DNA from: Candidatus Roizmanbacteria bacterium RIFCSPLOWO2_01_FULL_39_19
Lineage (GTDB): Bacteria; Patescibacteriota; Microgenomatia; UBA1406; HO2-37-13b
Direction of reading: 5' to 3'
Length of the DNA stretch: 64,000 nt
NCBI GenBank assembly: GCA_001789725.1
Contig: MGAM01000004.1
Location: 51,913 to 115,912, forward strand
Part shown: positions 8,456-18,573 of the stretch, piece after piece
Layout: each line of letters begins with the position of its first letter
Numbering within the stretch: position 1 is the stretch's first letter
Notes under the pieces: model-generated
Told to the model about the DNA's origin: nothing
Databases searched by the model: none
Seen by the model: only the letters and a program-made list of their open reading frames with translations
Position numbers and translations under genes: made by a program

Positions 8456-8908
8456 TTATTTTTTGTTTGTCTTTTCAGACTTAAATTTCTTTTCAACATC
8501 TTGCTTTTTCACTTCCTTCTTTTTTGTATCGACTTGTTTCTCGACAATCCCTGCTGTTTTTACGGGTTTCTTCTTACTACTTAATGTTAATACAACAGTA
8601 ATATGAGAGGATCGTCTATGATATGGACGTGCCATTCCTCTAGCCCCAGCTCTTATTCGACGCAAATATACTCCCTCATCAACCTTCAACTCTGCAAATG
8701 AGAGCGTATCGGCAGAAATTTTGTAAACGGCAACACCATTATCAACAGCTGACTTAATTGCTTTATACAACATAAAAGCCGATCTAGTCCTTGATAACTG
8801 AAGTTTCGACATTGCATCAATTGGCTTTAAGCCCTTTATTGACTTAGCAACGAACCTTAATTTTTTAGGTGACACTTTAATGTATTTGTGTTGTGCCCTA
8901 ATATTCAT
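8456..8908 (-). CDS. rplV: 50S ribosomal protein L22 with Lys-rich C-terminal tail
   Basis: Contains MNIRAQHKYIKVSPKKLRFVA and RAGARGMARPYHRRSSHITVVL. The ATG at 8906-8908 sits 4 nt after the rplB stop. The track's TTG at 8932 would overlap rplB. Confidence 0.9.
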   Translation of the reverse strand: MNIRAQHKYIKVSPKKLRFVAKSIKGLKPIDAMSKLQLSRTRSAFMLYKAIKSAVDNGVAVYKISADTLSFAELKVDEGVYLRRIRAGARGMARPYHRRSSHITVVLTLSSKKKPVKTAGIVEKQVDTKKKEVKKQDVEKKFKSEKTNKK

Positions 8909-8912
8909 ACAT

Positions 8913-9716
8913 TTAACCTTTTCGCTTAACAATTAACGCATTGCTCCATGAATGATGCCTGGTCTTTTTACCTCGAGCTGGTTTTCCCCAAGGAGTTTTA
9001 GCATGCATACCCTCCCCCGATCGTCCCTCTCCTCCTCCATGGGGATGAGAACGAGGATTTTGGGCCACTCCTCTGACTGTTGGGCGAATCCCCAAATGTC
9101 GGCTTCTTCCTGCCCTACCCAACTTCTCAAGCTTGTGCTCTATATTGCTAACTCGGCCAATTGTGGCATATGATTCAAGCAATATTTTCCTTACCTCCTT
9201 TGAAGGTAGCTTAACATCGGCATATTTATCATCTTTTGCAATCACTACGGCTGAAGTACCTGCACTTTTGACAATTTGGGCCCCAGTTTTTGGGTAAAGC
9301 TCAATATTATGAATCTCAACACCTAAAGGAACATTTCTCAAAGACATAGCGTTGCCAATTTTCATTGATCCTTTTGTGCCCGAAAAAACAGTGTCTCCGA
9401 TTTTAAGATCGGTCGGCTGCAAGATATATCGTTTTTCCTTGTCTTCATATTCAATCAAGGCAATATTTGAAGAACGATTCGGGTCATATTCTATGGCTAT
9501 AACCTGTCCTTTAATATCATACTTGTCTCGCCTGAAATCAATAACGCGTAAATATCTTTTATGACGTCCGCCTTGATGTCGAACGGTTATCTTACCACTA
9601 TTGTTTCGTCCGGAATTTTTTTTCAATATCAAAGTTAATGCTTTTTGAGGCACATTCCTTGAAAGCTTGATTTGCTTTGTTTTTTTTCCGTGTGTATTTT
9701 TTCTGGTTACTTTCAT
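8913..9716 (-). CDS. rplB: 50S ribosomal protein L2
   Basis: Contains GRNNSGKITVRHQGGRHKR and RGVAQNPRSHPHGGGEG. Confidence 0.95.
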   Translation of the reverse strand: MKVTRKNTHGKKTKQIKLSRNVPQKALTLILKKNSGRNNSGKITVRHQGGRHKRYLRVIDFRRDKYDIKGQVIAIEYDPNRSSNIALIEYEDKEKRYILQPTDLKIGDTVFSGTKGSMKIGNAMSLRNVPLGVEIHNIELYPKTGAQIVKSAGTSAVVIAKDDKYADVKLPSKEVRKILLESYATIGRVSNIEHKLEKLGRAGRSRHLGIRPTVRGVAQNPRSHPHGGGEGRSGEGMHAKTPWGKPARGKKTRHHSWSNALIVKRKG

Positions 9717-9719
9717 AGA

Positions 9720-10007
9720 TTAACTTTGGAATAATTCAATCCGCTCACCTTTTTTGAGGCGAACTAAAACAATTTTTTTATTAGGGCGTTTTTTTAATTT
9801 CATGCGCCTACCAACTTTTACTGTCTTACCAACTCTTATCATGCTAGTGACGCTCACTATGTGAACTTTAAATAGAGATTCGATTGACGCTTTGACTTGG
9901 TGCTTTGTCGCCTCAGGAGATACCTCAAACGAAAAAACATCACGCTTCGTGTTAGATAGCGATTTCTCAGTTATTCTGGGACGTACTAGTATTTGGTTAA
10001 TTTTCAT
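9720..10007 (-). CDS. rplW: 50S ribosomal protein L23
   Basis: Contains [16 protein letters not shown]...FEV...ATKHQVK. I chose the ATG at 10005-10007. Confidence 0.85.
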   Translation of the reverse strand: MKINQILVRPRITEKSLSNTKRDVFSFEVSPEATKHQVKASIESLFKVHIVSVTSMIRVGKTVKVGRRMKLKKRPNKKIVLVRLKKGERIELFQS

Positions 10008-10737
10008 AATTATTTTTGTGTATTTTGATAAATTGCTCAAGACCAGAGTGCGTAAACAAAATTGTTCTTGATGAGATAACATCATAGGCATTTAGCGTCT
10101 CTGCCTGCGTCAAAGATAACGATTTAAGATTTCTTGCAGCCTGACCGACAAGTGATTCCTTAACTCCTGAGTAAATTATAAGAGCTTTGTCGTCTATTGA
10201 AAGACTTTCTAAAACACTTTGAAGTTGTTTAGTTGTACCGTCAATTTTTTGTGAGTCAACCACATTTTTTATTTGATTGTTTTTGTATGCCGAAGTGAGA
10301 GCGAAGAAGAGTGCCTTTACACGCTGTTTTTTATTTATGCGAAGTTTTTTAATAACACCTCTTGGCCCATGGGCTATTCCTCCCCCAACAAAAATTGGGG
10401 CAGTGTTGGCGCCATGCCTTGCCCGCCCTGTTCCTTTTTGGCGATAGATTTTTCGAGTTGATCCTTTCACCTCACCTCTTGTTTTGGTTGAGGCTGCATT
10501 AAATTTTTGGTTATTAAGATAAACCCTAACGTAGAGTGAAAGAAGTTTATCTGAAGCGTTAACATTAAATATTTCATCAGGAAGGCTCATTTGTCCCGTC
10601 TCTTTCCCCGATAGATCAACGATTGTTAGCTGCTTGAGTTTCTCTTTACTTGTAGGCTTGACCTGCTTGGTTTTAGAGTCTTTAGAGAGCTTGCGCGCAG
10701 GTCGGTTAATCGTTGTAGTTTTTATTTTTGTTTCCAT
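9997..10737 (-). CDS. rplD: 50S ribosomal protein L4
   Basis: Contains [15 protein letters not shown]...[13 protein letters not shown]. Confidence 0.9.
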   Translation of the reverse strand: METKIKTTTINRPARKLSKDSKTKQVKPTSKEKLKQLTIVDLSGKETGQMSLPDEIFNVNASDKLLSLYVRVYLNNQKFNAASTKTRGEVKGSTRKIYRQKGTGRARHGANTAPIFVGGGIAHGPRGVIKKLRINKKQRVKALFFALTSAYKNNQIKNVVDSQKIDGTTKQLQSVLESLSIDDKALIIYSGVKESLVGQAARNLKSLSLTQAETLNAYDVISSRTILFTHSGLEQFIKIHKNNYEN

Positions 10738-10741
10738 AGTT

Positions 10742-11422
10742 TTATGCAGTTTTTACAATCACTAAACCTCCAATTGTTCCGGGAACAAATCCTGATAATG
10801 TCAAATCGTTATCCTGCGCGTCAATCACTTTTAAATTCTTGACCGTGGTCATACTGTTTCCCATCCTACCCGCCATACGCATGCCTTTAAAAACACGGCC
10901 CGGCGTGTTAGACTGCCCAATTGATCCTGGAGCTCTTTCACGGTCCGACTGACCATGAGTAGCCGGTCCGCCGGCAAATTTGTGTCGCTTCACAACTCCT
11001 GCAAAACCTTTACCTTTTGACCTGGCTGTCACAGTCACCATCTCATCAGCTATGAACAAGGCGCTTGCTTTGATCTCGTCCCCAACAGCAATCTCGATTT
11101 CATCAATTTTGATTGCATCTTTACCGTCTTTCTGAGTAATTTCAATATTAAGCGATAGAGGAAGCTTATCAAGCCTTATCTCTTTAAAAAAACGAAGCGG
11201 GGTTTCAATCCCCGCTTTTTTTAGATTTCCTCCTTTTGACTTTTTAAGATTTTTAGTTAGGGAGGCGCCAATAATTGCAGCTATATAGCCGTCTCTAGCA
11301 ATCGTTTTGACACCAATTAAAAAACAGGGTGAAGTTATTATTTTTGTATAGGGAATACGTGCTCCCTTTTCGGTAAAATTTTGCCCGACCTCACTTTTTG
11401 TGCCAAGTATGAATCCTGCCAT
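10742..11422 (-). CDS. rplC: 50S ribosomal protein L3
   Basis: Contains GKGFAGVVKRHKFAGGPATHGQSDRERAPGSIG and GRMGNSMTTVKNLKV. Confidence 0.9.
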   Translation of the reverse strand: MAGFILGTKSEVGQNFTEKGARIPYTKIITSPCFLIGVKTIARDGYIAAIIGASLTKNLKKSKGGNLKKAGIETPLRFFKEIRLDKLPLSLNIEITQKDGKDAIKIDEIEIAVGDEIKASALFIADEMVTVTARSKGKGFAGVVKRHKFAGGPATHGQSDRERAPGSIGQSNTPGRVFKGMRMAGRMGNSMTTVKNLKVIDAQDNDLTLSGFVPGTIGGLVIVKTA

Positions 11423-11432
11423 AAGCTCTTAC

Positions 11433-11457
11433 AAAAAAACGACCCCAGATTGGGGCC
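11433..11457 (-). terminator. Intrinsic-terminator-like hairpin (candidate attenuator) 10 nt upstream of the rplC start
   Basis: Minus-strand RNA reads GGCCCCA-AUC-UGGGGUC (7 bp including one G.U, 3-nt loop), followed by G + U7. It lies inside the 149-nt rpsJ-rplC spacer. Confidence 0.45.
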
Positions 11458-11531
11458 TTATTTCGGCTTTCCAACCTAGTGGGTGTAAATTCAGATGCTT
11501 GTTAATGCTTCACGCTTTAACATTAGGAAGT

Positions 11532-11560
11532 ATTATATAAAAAACTGCTGTGCAAGTCAA
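11532..11560 (-). promoter_or_regulatory. Sigma70-type promoter between rpsJ and rplC
   Basis: Minus strand has TTGACT (11555-11560), a 17-nt spacer, then TATAAT (11532-11537). Confidence 0.45.
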
Positions 11561-11571
11561 CGATCTGGTTT

Positions 11572-11883
11572 TTACCCCATTTTTACCTCAACAGATACAC
11601 CAGCAGCAAGATCAAGATGCATGAGAGAGTCAATAGTTTGATTGGTAGGATTGACAATGTCAATTAATCGTTTGTGAATTTTTAGCCCAAAGTGCTCGCG
11701 TGAATCTTTATCAATGAACGTTGATTTGTTAACAACGTATTTTTCAACCCTTGTAGGCAAGGGAATTGGTCCAACAAATGATGCGCCAGTTTTAGTTGCC
11801 GTATCAACCAATTTTTGACACGTTTCATCGATTAAACGATGATCAAATGATTTTAGTCGTATTCTTATTTTTCCCTTAGGCAT
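11572..11883 (-). CDS. rpsJ: 30S ribosomal protein S10
   Basis: Contains [16 protein letters not shown]...GPIPLPT...HKRLIDI. Confidence 0.95.
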   Translation of the reverse strand: MPKGKIRIRLKSFDHRLIDETCQKLVDTATKTGASFVGPIPLPTRVEKYVVNKSTFIDKDSREHFGLKIHKRLIDIVNPTNQTIDSLMHLDLAAGVSVEVKMG

Positions 11884-11904
11884 ATTATTTAAAAGAGCAA
11901 AATT

Positions 11905-11940
11905 CCAAAAGAAACGTGCCCCTAAGTTAACAGGAACACG
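11905..11940 (-). terminator. Terminator-like hairpin between tuf and rpsJ
   Basis: Minus-strand RNA has a 9-bp stem CGUGUUCCU/AGGGGCACG (two G.U pairs) and an 8-nt loop, followed by UUUCUUUUGG. Confidence 0.4.
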
Positions 11941-11961
11941 CCTCTTATTTCTAAAAAAAAT

Positions 11962-13149
11962 TTACTTAATTACTTTGGTCACCACTCCAGCTCCAACAGT
12001 TTTACCACCCTCACGGATAGCAAACTTCAGGCCCTCCTCAAGCGCCACCGGGTAGATGAGTTTGCCGGTGATTTTAATGTTGTCGCCCGGCATAACCATC
12101 TCAACTCCATCAGGCAGTGTTACCTCACCAGTAACATCGGTTGTTCTTATGTAGAACTGTGGTCGATAACCCTTGAAAAACGGGCTGTGTCGTCCACCTT
12201 CCTCTTTGGTCAAAACATAAATTTCAGCCTCAAATTCGGTGTGAGGCGTAACGGCTCCCGGCTTGGCAATAACTTGTCCTCTCTCGATGTCTTCTTTTTC
12301 AATACCTCGAAGAAGAAGTCCGACATTGTCTCCAGCTCGTGCCTCATCTAGTGTCTTTCGAAACATCTCCACACCAGTAATAGTGGTTTTCTTGGTATCT
12401 TTGCCAAGACCAATGATCTCGATTTCCTCATTAACTTTCAAAATGCCACGCTCCACTCTTCCTGTTGCAACAGTTCCTCTACCTTGAATGGTAAAGACGT
12501 CCTCAACCGGCATTAGGAATGGTTTGTCAGTATCTCTTTTTGGCTCAGGAATGTACGTGTCAACGGCATTCATTAGCTCCTCAATTGCCTTTTCTGCCTC
12601 GACATCGCCTTCAATTGCCTTAAGAGCTGAGCCCTTAATAACAGGAACTTCGTCTCCCGGATATTCATATTTCTTTAATAAGTCACGAATTTCCATTTCA
12701 ACAAGGTCAATAATTTCCTTGTCAGCAACCATATCGATTTTGTTAAGGAAAACAACTATTGCTGGAACATTAACCTGCCGTGCCAAAAGAACGTGCTCTC
12801 TGGTTTGGGGCATTGGACCATCAGGCGCTGAAACCACTAGAATTGCTCCGTCCATTTGAGCTGCTCCCGTGATCATGTTTTTAATGTAATCGGCGTGTCC
12901 TGGAGCATCAATATGGGCATAATGCCTTTTTTCGGTCTCGTATTCTGAGTGGTGGATGTTAATAGTAACTCCTCTTGCTTTCTCCTCTGGAGCTTTGTCA
13001 ATCTCCTCATATTTCATGGCTTTAGCAAGACCTTTTTTAGCCAGGTAGTGATGAATCGCTGAGGTAAGAGTAGTCTTACCATGATCAACATGACCAATAG
13101 TTCCAATATTCAAGTGAGGTTTATTTCTTTCAAATTTTCCTTCTGCCAT
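11962..13149 (-). CDS. tuf: Elongation factor Tu
   Basis: Contains [24 protein letters not shown] and the conserved EF-Tu C-terminus. Confidence 0.97.
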   Translation of the reverse strand: MAEGKFERNKPHLNIGTIGHVDHGKTTLTSAIHHYLAKKGLAKAMKYEEIDKAPEEKARGVTINIHHSEYETEKRHYAHIDAPGHADYIKNMITGAAQMDGAILVVSAPDGPMPQTREHVLLARQVNVPAIVVFLNKIDMVADKEIIDLVEMEIRDLLKKYEYPGDEVPVIKGSALKAIEGDVEAEKAIEELMNAVDTYIPEPKRDTDKPFLMPVEDVFTIQGRGTVATGRVERGILKVNEEIEIIGLGKDTKKTTITGVEMFRKTLDEARAGDNVGLLLRGIEKEDIERGQVIAKPGAVTPHTEFEAEIYVLTKEEGGRHSPFFKGYRPQFYIRTTDVTGEVTLPDGVEMVMPGDNIKITGKLIYPVALEEGLKFAIREGGKTVGAGVVTKVIK

Positions 13150-13208
13150 AGTATTTTAGTTTAATAATTAATAAAAAATAACTAATAAATAATAGTTGTA
13201 ACGGAACT

Positions 13209-13237
13209 ATTATAGACAACACTCAGGTGATTTGCAA
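13209..13237 (-). promoter_or_regulatory. Sigma70-type promoter upstream of tuf
   Basis: Minus strand has TTGCAA (13232-13237), a 17-nt spacer, then TATAAT (13209-13214). This lies about 60 nt upstream of the tuf ATG. Confidence 0.45.
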
Positions 13238-13280
13238 CAACTAATGTTTGAAACGATAATAACAAGCAGAGCTTAATATT

Positions 13281-14576
13281 TCAAGAAGATTTTAATTGTT
13301 TACTAAGTTGGATAATATGTTTCAATGTTTCACTTGATATAATGGGAGAGAATCCATATCGCTTGGCATCACCCTGTAACTTTTTTTGTTGATATACAGG
13401 TCTGACCTCACCAAGTAAGCTAACTTCTCCGATAAAAACTGAATTGCCTGCAATTGAAAGATTTTTAAATGAAGACAAAATCGATGTAGCAACTCCCAAA
13501 TCTGAGGCTGTTGATTTTGTCGAGACTCCTCCCGCAACTGACACATAAATATCAAATCTCTCTAAGGGCAGTTTTAGATACTTTTGCATTACTGCTAAAA
13601 TTAACAAGACTTTATTATAATCAAGCCCTGACACAACCCGACGGGGAGAGGGTAGGTAGGACGACACAACAAGGGACTGAATCTCAAAGAAAATTGATCT
13701 TGAGCCTTCCGTCACCCCAACTATCGCCTTACCAATTGATGTTGAATCTGTTTTTTCTAAAAACTGTGTTGGATTTTCAACTTGTTTAAGCCCCGATTCA
13801 TTCATTTCAAACACACCAATCTCGTCTATTCCACCAAAACGATTCTTTGACGCCCTTAGTATTCTGAAGCTTGAAAATCTCTCTCCTTCCAAGTGCATCA
13901 CACAATCAACTAAATGCTCAAGTGTTTTAGGCCCGGCAATGACACCTTCTTTAGTTATGTGACCGATTAAAATGATAGGAATATTTTTCGATTTGGCAAA
14001 ATCAACCAGCTGTCCTGCAACTTGCCTTATTTGCAACTGTCCACCCGGAGTCGAGAGAATACTGTTTGAATAAAGCATCTGAATCGAGTCAATAACAACA
14101 ACGTCTATTTTTAATTTCGGATCAGATAACACACCAATAATTGCCTCAACTTCTGTGTTCCCTGAAAAATAGAACGCATCAAGATTGATTTTGAGTCGGT
14201 CTGCCCGATGTTTAATTTGAGAGGATGACTCTTCCCCTGATATATATAAACATTTGAGTTTTTGAAGTACCTCAAGCAAGAGCGTTGACTTCCCAACCCC
14301 CGGCTCCCCAGTTAACAGAACTACCTCACCGGATACAAATCCTCCACCTAAAACTCTATCAAATTCAAAAATGCTTGTCATTAATCTGCCCGACTGTGTT
14401 GACTTTACTTTTGATAAAGGAACTACCTCAGCCTTTTGAGTTGGAATATTCGTCCTTAGAATCATATCTTCGACTTTTTCGAGCGAGTCCCACGTTCCGC
14501 ATTCAGGACATTTTCCAAACCACGAAGATGTTTTAGATCCACACTCTCTGCATTGATAGAATGTTTTACTCTTCAT
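13281..14576 (-). CDS. radA: DNA repair protein RadA/Sms
   Basis: N-terminal Zn ribbon (CRECGSKTSSWFGKCPECGTW), Walker A (GEPGVGKST), KNRFG motif and a Lon-like C-terminal domain. Confidence 0.9.
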   Translation of the reverse strand: MKSKTFYQCRECGSKTSSWFGKCPECGTWDSLEKVEDMILRTNIPTQKAEVVPLSKVKSTQSGRLMTSIFEFDRVLGGGFVSGEVVLLTGEPGVGKSTLLLEVLQKLKCLYISGEESSSQIKHRADRLKINLDAFYFSGNTEVEAIIGVLSDPKLKIDVVVIDSIQMLYSNSILSTPGGQLQIRQVAGQLVDFAKSKNIPIILIGHITKEGVIAGPKTLEHLVDCVMHLEGERFSSFRILRASKNRFGGIDEIGVFEMNESGLKQVENPTQFLEKTDSTSIGKAIVGVTEGSRSIFFEIQSLVVSSYLPSPRRVVSGLDYNKVLLILAVMQKYLKLPLERFDIYVSVAGGVSTKSTASDLGVATSILSSFKNLSIAGNSVFIGEVSLLGEVRPVYQQKKLQGDAKRYGFSPIISSETLKHIIQLSKQLKSS

Positions 14577-14600
14577 AGCTCATTCTAGTATAATACAACC

Positions 14601-15479
14601 ATGCGCAACAAACTCGTCCTGCTTTTTGTCGTTTTTATTTTTTTTGGGATTATTATTGCCGGACGTTTTACTTTTCTTACATTCCAGGCAACTGACGGCC
14701 GGCTTAAAGTCATAACATCGCCTAACGCCACAATTTATTTGAATAACGCTCAGGTTGGCAAGACTCCATTTGAACAAAAGATTAAGGAGGGTGAGTATAT
14801 TTTAAAGCTTGCTCCATCTGGCAATTCGACTGAATCTGCCACGTTTGAATCTAAAGTTAGAATCAATAAGAACACGCTTACCTACGTTAGCCAAGATTTG
14901 GGGACAACTAATTTAACCTCGTCGGGTGTTATTTTCACCATTGAGAAAATGGCCAACAAACCCGAGAAGCCAGAAACTGGTGAAATTGAGGTGCAAAGTG
15001 AACCAACTGGGGCAATAGTCTATCTTGACAGTGAAGAGCATGGAAATTCTGCCATTATATTGTCAGGAGTTGATAAGGGACAACACGAAATAACGGTGTC
15101 GGCAGCCGGATTTTTCCCAAGAAATGAAAAAATTGAGGTTAAACCGGGTTATCGGGTTATTGGGCGATTTAAACTCGCGATAGATCCAAGTCATAAAAAA
15201 GTTGACGAGTCAGTTGATAGCAAGCTGGCAACGAGTGAGGTAAATATCGCTCCCACCCCAGCGTCAAAAGCAATAAAAACAACGATTGTTGTTAAAGAAA
15301 CTGGAACGGGATTTTTACGGGTAAGAAGCGAGGCTAGTTTGTCATCAACAGAATCGGCCCGTGTTAAACCCGGCGACAAGTTTGAAGTTATTGAAGAGCA
15401 GACAGGATGGTATAGAATCGAGCATGAGAAAGGAAAGTTTGGCTGGGTATCATCCCAATACACAGAGAAAACCCAATGA
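14601..15479 (+). CDS. Membrane-anchored surface protein with two PEGA-like domains and a C-terminal SH3b-like domain
   Basis: N-terminal TM helix. PEGA-like segments are ITSPNATIYLNNAQVGKTPF and VQSEPTGAIVYLDSEEHG. The C-terminus is LRVRSEASL...GDKFEVIEEQTGWYRIEH..GKFGWVSSQY. Confidence 0.6.
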   Translation: MRNKLVLLFVVFIFFGIIIAGRFTFLTFQATDGRLKVITSPNATIYLNNAQVGKTPFEQKIKEGEYILKLAPSGNSTESATFESKVRINKNTLTYVSQDLGTTNLTSSGVIFTIEKMANKPEKPETGEIEVQSEPTGAIVYLDSEEHGNSAIILSGVDKGQHEITVSAAGFFPRNEKIEVKPGYRVIGRFKLAIDPSHKKVDESVDSKLATSEVNIAPTPASKAIKTTIVVKETGTGFLRVRSEASLSSTESARVKPGDKFEVIEEQTGWYRIEHEKGKFGWVSSQYTEKTQ

Positions 15480-16541
15480 TTAAATCATGTCTTCTTTTAT
15501 TCTCTGGATTATAAAAATAAAACAAGCAATTAGTATTGTCGCTGTTGCAAAAGCAAGCATTTTTTGCTCTCCTCTGAAGTAGAGCGCAGAAACACCAAAA
15601 ATAAAAGATATTATCCAATAAAAAACCGCAATTCGCCTTCTCCCCCAACCAATCTGAAGAAGGCGGTGGTGGAAATGACTGGCATCGCCCTTAAATGGGG
15701 ATTGTCCGGCCAAGATACGTCTTACAAAAACATACAAAGCATCAATTATTGGCACTGATAAAACCATTAAAAGTATCCCAAGTTTTGCAAATGAAAGTAT
15801 TGAAAGAGTAGCCAGCATAAACCCCGCCAATGCACCGCCTGAGTAACCGGGCATAATCTTTTGTGGATACATATTCCATACTAAAAATCCCGCAAATGCC
15901 CCAGACGTCACAAATGCAATCATTGAGACACTGCTTTTAGCAACTTCATGTGATGAGAAACGCAGAGCAAAGATACCAATAAACAAACACGATATGGCAA
16001 CAAATCCAGGAAGCTGTCCATCAACTCCTTTACTCCAGTTGATAAAGTTCATTAAGGAGACAATCCAAAATATCGCAAATATGTTGGCAAAAAGTAAAAA
16101 TTTATGAGTACCCAAAAATGAAATTGTCAGATAAACTTGGTCGAGTCTAATCACTCCACCAAACGGGTTTGAAATATATGGCACCCCAAGACCAAACAAT
16201 ATAACAATCACCGCAATGGCAAAGTTAATGACAAGTCTTAAGAACGGAGACAGATCATAATAATCATCAAGTAAGCCCGTGACGACAATGAGCACGGCAC
16301 CAACCAGAATTCCGACAACAACCTTGTTAAGGGTTACAAAAAGAAGAATAGGTATAATAATTCCTAAAAGTATTGCCAGTCCTCCCGCTCTTGGAATAAT
16401 TCCAGTATGGGTCCTTGCCGGTTGATTTCTAGTTTTTGGGTCATCAACAAGTTTGTATTTTTGGGCAAATTTTAAAACTCCCGGTGTTGACAGAACGCTT
16501 ATAAAAAATGAGACAACAAAAGGAATAAAGTAACTGTTCAT
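15480..16541 (-). CDS. Polyprenyl-phosphate sugar-1-phosphate transferase (MraY/WecA family, GT4 transferase superfamily)
   Basis: Polytopic membrane ORF with PR.GG, LLDDYYDLSP, NFINW.KGVDG and a HFHH motif. I chose the ATG at 16539-16541, which overlaps the upstream TGA (ATGA). Confidence 0.8.
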   Translation of the reverse strand: MNSYFIPFVVSFFISVLSTPGVLKFAQKYKLVDDPKTRNQPARTHTGIIPRAGGLAILLGIIIPILLFVTLNKVVVGILVGAVLIVVTGLLDDYYDLSPFLRLVINFAIAVIVILFGLGVPYISNPFGGVIRLDQVYLTISFLGTHKFLLFANIFAIFWIVSLMNFINWSKGVDGQLPGFVAISCLFIGIFALRFSSHEVAKSSVSMIAFVTSGAFAGFLVWNMYPQKIMPGYSGGALAGFMLATLSILSFAKLGILLMVLSVPIIDALYVFVRRILAGQSPFKGDASHFHHRLLQIGWGRRRIAVFYWIISFIFGVSALYFRGEQKMLAFATATILIACFIFIIQRIKEDMI

Positions 16542-16861
16542 GTAACTAAAAATAAAATTTTCAGACAAATTAACGATGTTAAGATAACGATAGCTGTATT
16601 AATATATCGCAGCATTGACAGGACTAGTTCATTATCAGAACAAAGCCTAACTAAAACAAATTTATTGAAAAAAAGAAAAATGATCGCAACAATTGGAATA
16701 ATAAGAATCATATAAGAGTCAACAACTCTCTCTCGCCCAGTTGACATTGAATAGAAAAGAGGAATCTGCGGGGGAAGAATAGGAAACTTTAAAAGAGCAA
16801 TGATAATTGTTACGATTACCAAAATAAATTGAAAAATTGAGAATAATGAAATCTTTTTCAT
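16538..16861 (-). CDS. Small hypothetical membrane protein (3 predicted TM helices)
   Basis: ORF only, with a hydrophobic profile and translational coupling to the downstream transferase. Confidence 0.4.
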   Translation of the reverse strand: MKKISLFSIFQFILVIVTIIIALLKFPILPPQIPLFYSMSTGRERVVDSYMILIIPIVAIIFLFFNKFVLVRLCSDNELVLSMLRYINTAIVILTSLICLKILFLVT

Positions 16862-16870
16862 TGATATTTG

Positions 16871-17893
16871 TCAATATGCAGCAACAGCCTCAAAGTTGCC
16901 AGAGCGATCCATAACAAAAGCCTTATTGGGATAAGTAGGTAATATTTTTATAAACCTGCTTCTTGGGATTATACTGGAATAGGGCGTCTTAAAGTCTTTC
17001 ACGGCGTATAGATAAACTTGCCTGTCAAAATAATAAACGGCTTGAAAGTACTGATCAATGTCAGCAACATAGATTACATCCCCTTTTTCTGTTACTGCCT
17101 TAATATTTTTAATACCGGCTCTTAGATCTTTTGAGGAAACTTTATTAACTTGAAAAGAAAAAATAATAAAAGATATTAAGCCCGACGACACAACTAGACT
17201 TTTAACGAACATAGAGTGATATCTAAAGACATATAATGCTCCAAAGCTTAATACTACCCCAAAAAATATTGGACCGAAAATCATCACAAGTTGGGTAACT
17301 AAAAATGTCAACGATTGGAATGCAATAATTCCTAAAACCGGAAGTGTTGCCAGTAAGATGGGTAATAGGTGAATTAAATAGCCGGTCCAAAGTTTTTTTG
17401 ACTGAGAATATGTATAGACACCCTGAAGAAATAGAACTAAAATAAATGACCAGTGCGTAAGCCCGGCGAATATGCTCACAATAATAAACTTGGAATAATT
17501 TTTCCTAAGCAAGAAGTAGCAAGATAGGGTTGATAAAGATACAAACATCATTGAAGCGGTTGTTTGCATAGAAAAATACAAGAGAATTGGATTAAACATA
17601 AAGAAAAACAGATTACGATAGGCTCTTCTTTCAGTCATTGAAAATACTTTTATCAAAATGTGATGTACGCATAAAATAAAAATTCCAAACCAAATAAGCG
17701 AGAAACTGCGCATTATTATTTCACTTTTTCCAAAAATATTTATCCATACATGGAGGGCTATATAGTACATTGGACTAATCCCAAGACTTAAAGAGTTGCT
17801 TATAATTTCATTAAAAGGCAGGCGAGACAAAAGGTAAGAAAAACCTTCACTTGGTGTTAATGCTCTGGTTAACAAAAATAGCATATACAGCAT
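16871..17893 (-). CDS. Hypothetical polytopic membrane protein with C-terminal soluble domain
   Basis: 340-aa ORF with about 8 hydrophobic segments. I recognise no family motif. Confidence 0.4.
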   Translation of the reverse strand: MLYMLFLLTRALTPSEGFSYLLSRLPFNEIISNSLSLGISPMYYIALHVWINIFGKSEIIMRSFSLIWFGIFILCVHHILIKVFSMTERRAYRNLFFFMFNPILLYFSMQTTASMMFVSLSTLSCYFLLRKNYSKFIIVSIFAGLTHWSFILVLFLQGVYTYSQSKKLWTGYLIHLLPILLATLPVLGIIAFQSLTFLVTQLVMIFGPIFFGVVLSFGALYVFRYHSMFVKSLVVSSGLISFIIFSFQVNKVSSKDLRAGIKNIKAVTEKGDVIYVADIDQYFQAVYYFDRQVYLYAVKDFKTPYSSIIPRSRFIKILPTYPNKAFVMDRSGNFEAVAAY

Positions 17894-17918
17894 CTATTGT
17901 ATACCATTGTGGATAAGG

Positions 17919-17948
17919 TTGACAAATGGGCGATAAGCGATGTAAAAT
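17919..17948 (+). promoter_or_regulatory. Sigma70-type promoter of sodA (possibly gives a leaderless mRNA)
   Basis: TTGACA (17919-17924), an 18-nt spacer, then TAAAAT (17943-17948). The ATG at 17955 is 6 nt downstream of the -10, and there is no SD. Confidence 0.45.
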
Positions 17949-17954
17949 GAATGC

Positions 17955-18563
17955 ATGTTCACGCTTACGCCTCTTCCTTACCAATATAACGCACTTGAGC
18001 CATTTATTGATGGAGAGACTATGATGTTCCATCATAATAAACATCACGCAGTATATATCGACAATTTAAACAAAGCGCTTGAGAGATATCCTGAGTGGCA
18101 AGAAAAAACTATTGAAGAAATTATCAAAAATCTAAATTCTATCCCAGAGAATATTAGACCTGCTGTAGCTAATAATGGCGGAGGACATTTAAACCATACA
18201 TTTTTCTGGGATATTATGACACCAGTGAAAGGCCAAAAACCCGAAGGAGAACTTCTTGAAACGCTTATCTCAACATTCGGTAGCGTTGAGGAATTTATGA
18301 CTCAATTTGAAAACGCAGGTTTAACAAGATTTGGCAGTGGTTGGGCTTGGCTTGTTGTTGAAGAAAGCAAGAGTTTGAAAATAATCTCAACTGCAAATCA
18401 GGATAGTCCATTGTCTCTTGGCATGACACCAATTTTAGGAGTTGATGTCTGGGAGCATGCATATTATCTTAAATATCAAAACAGACGAGTAGAGTATTTG
18501 AAGAATTTTTGGAATATCGTCAATTTCAAACAAGTTGAGGAAAACTTTAAACAGGCACACTAA
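17955..18563 (+). CDS. sodA: Fe/Mn superoxide dismutase
   Basis: Contains LPYQYNALEPFIDGETMMFHHNKHH and GVDVWEHAYYLKYQNRR. Confidence 0.95.
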   Translation: MFTLTPLPYQYNALEPFIDGETMMFHHNKHHAVYIDNLNKALERYPEWQEKTIEEIIKNLNSIPENIRPAVANNGGGHLNHTFFWDIMTPVKGQKPEGELLETLISTFGSVEEFMTQFENAGLTRFGSGWAWLVVEESKSLKIISTANQDSPLSLGMTPILGVDVWEHAYYLKYQNRRVEYLKNFWNIVNFKQVEENFKQAH

Positions 18564-18573
18564 GTAAAAAGTC

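Noticed and set aside
16862-16873. The two membrane-protein ORFs 16871-17893 and 16538-16861 are in the same frame, separated by TGA plus three codons. This could be a fourth read-through case.
   Set aside because: The downstream ORF has its own ATG only 9 nt after the stop, and being in the same frame has a one-in-three chance. Unlike the other three cases, no domain or anchor logic requires a fusion.
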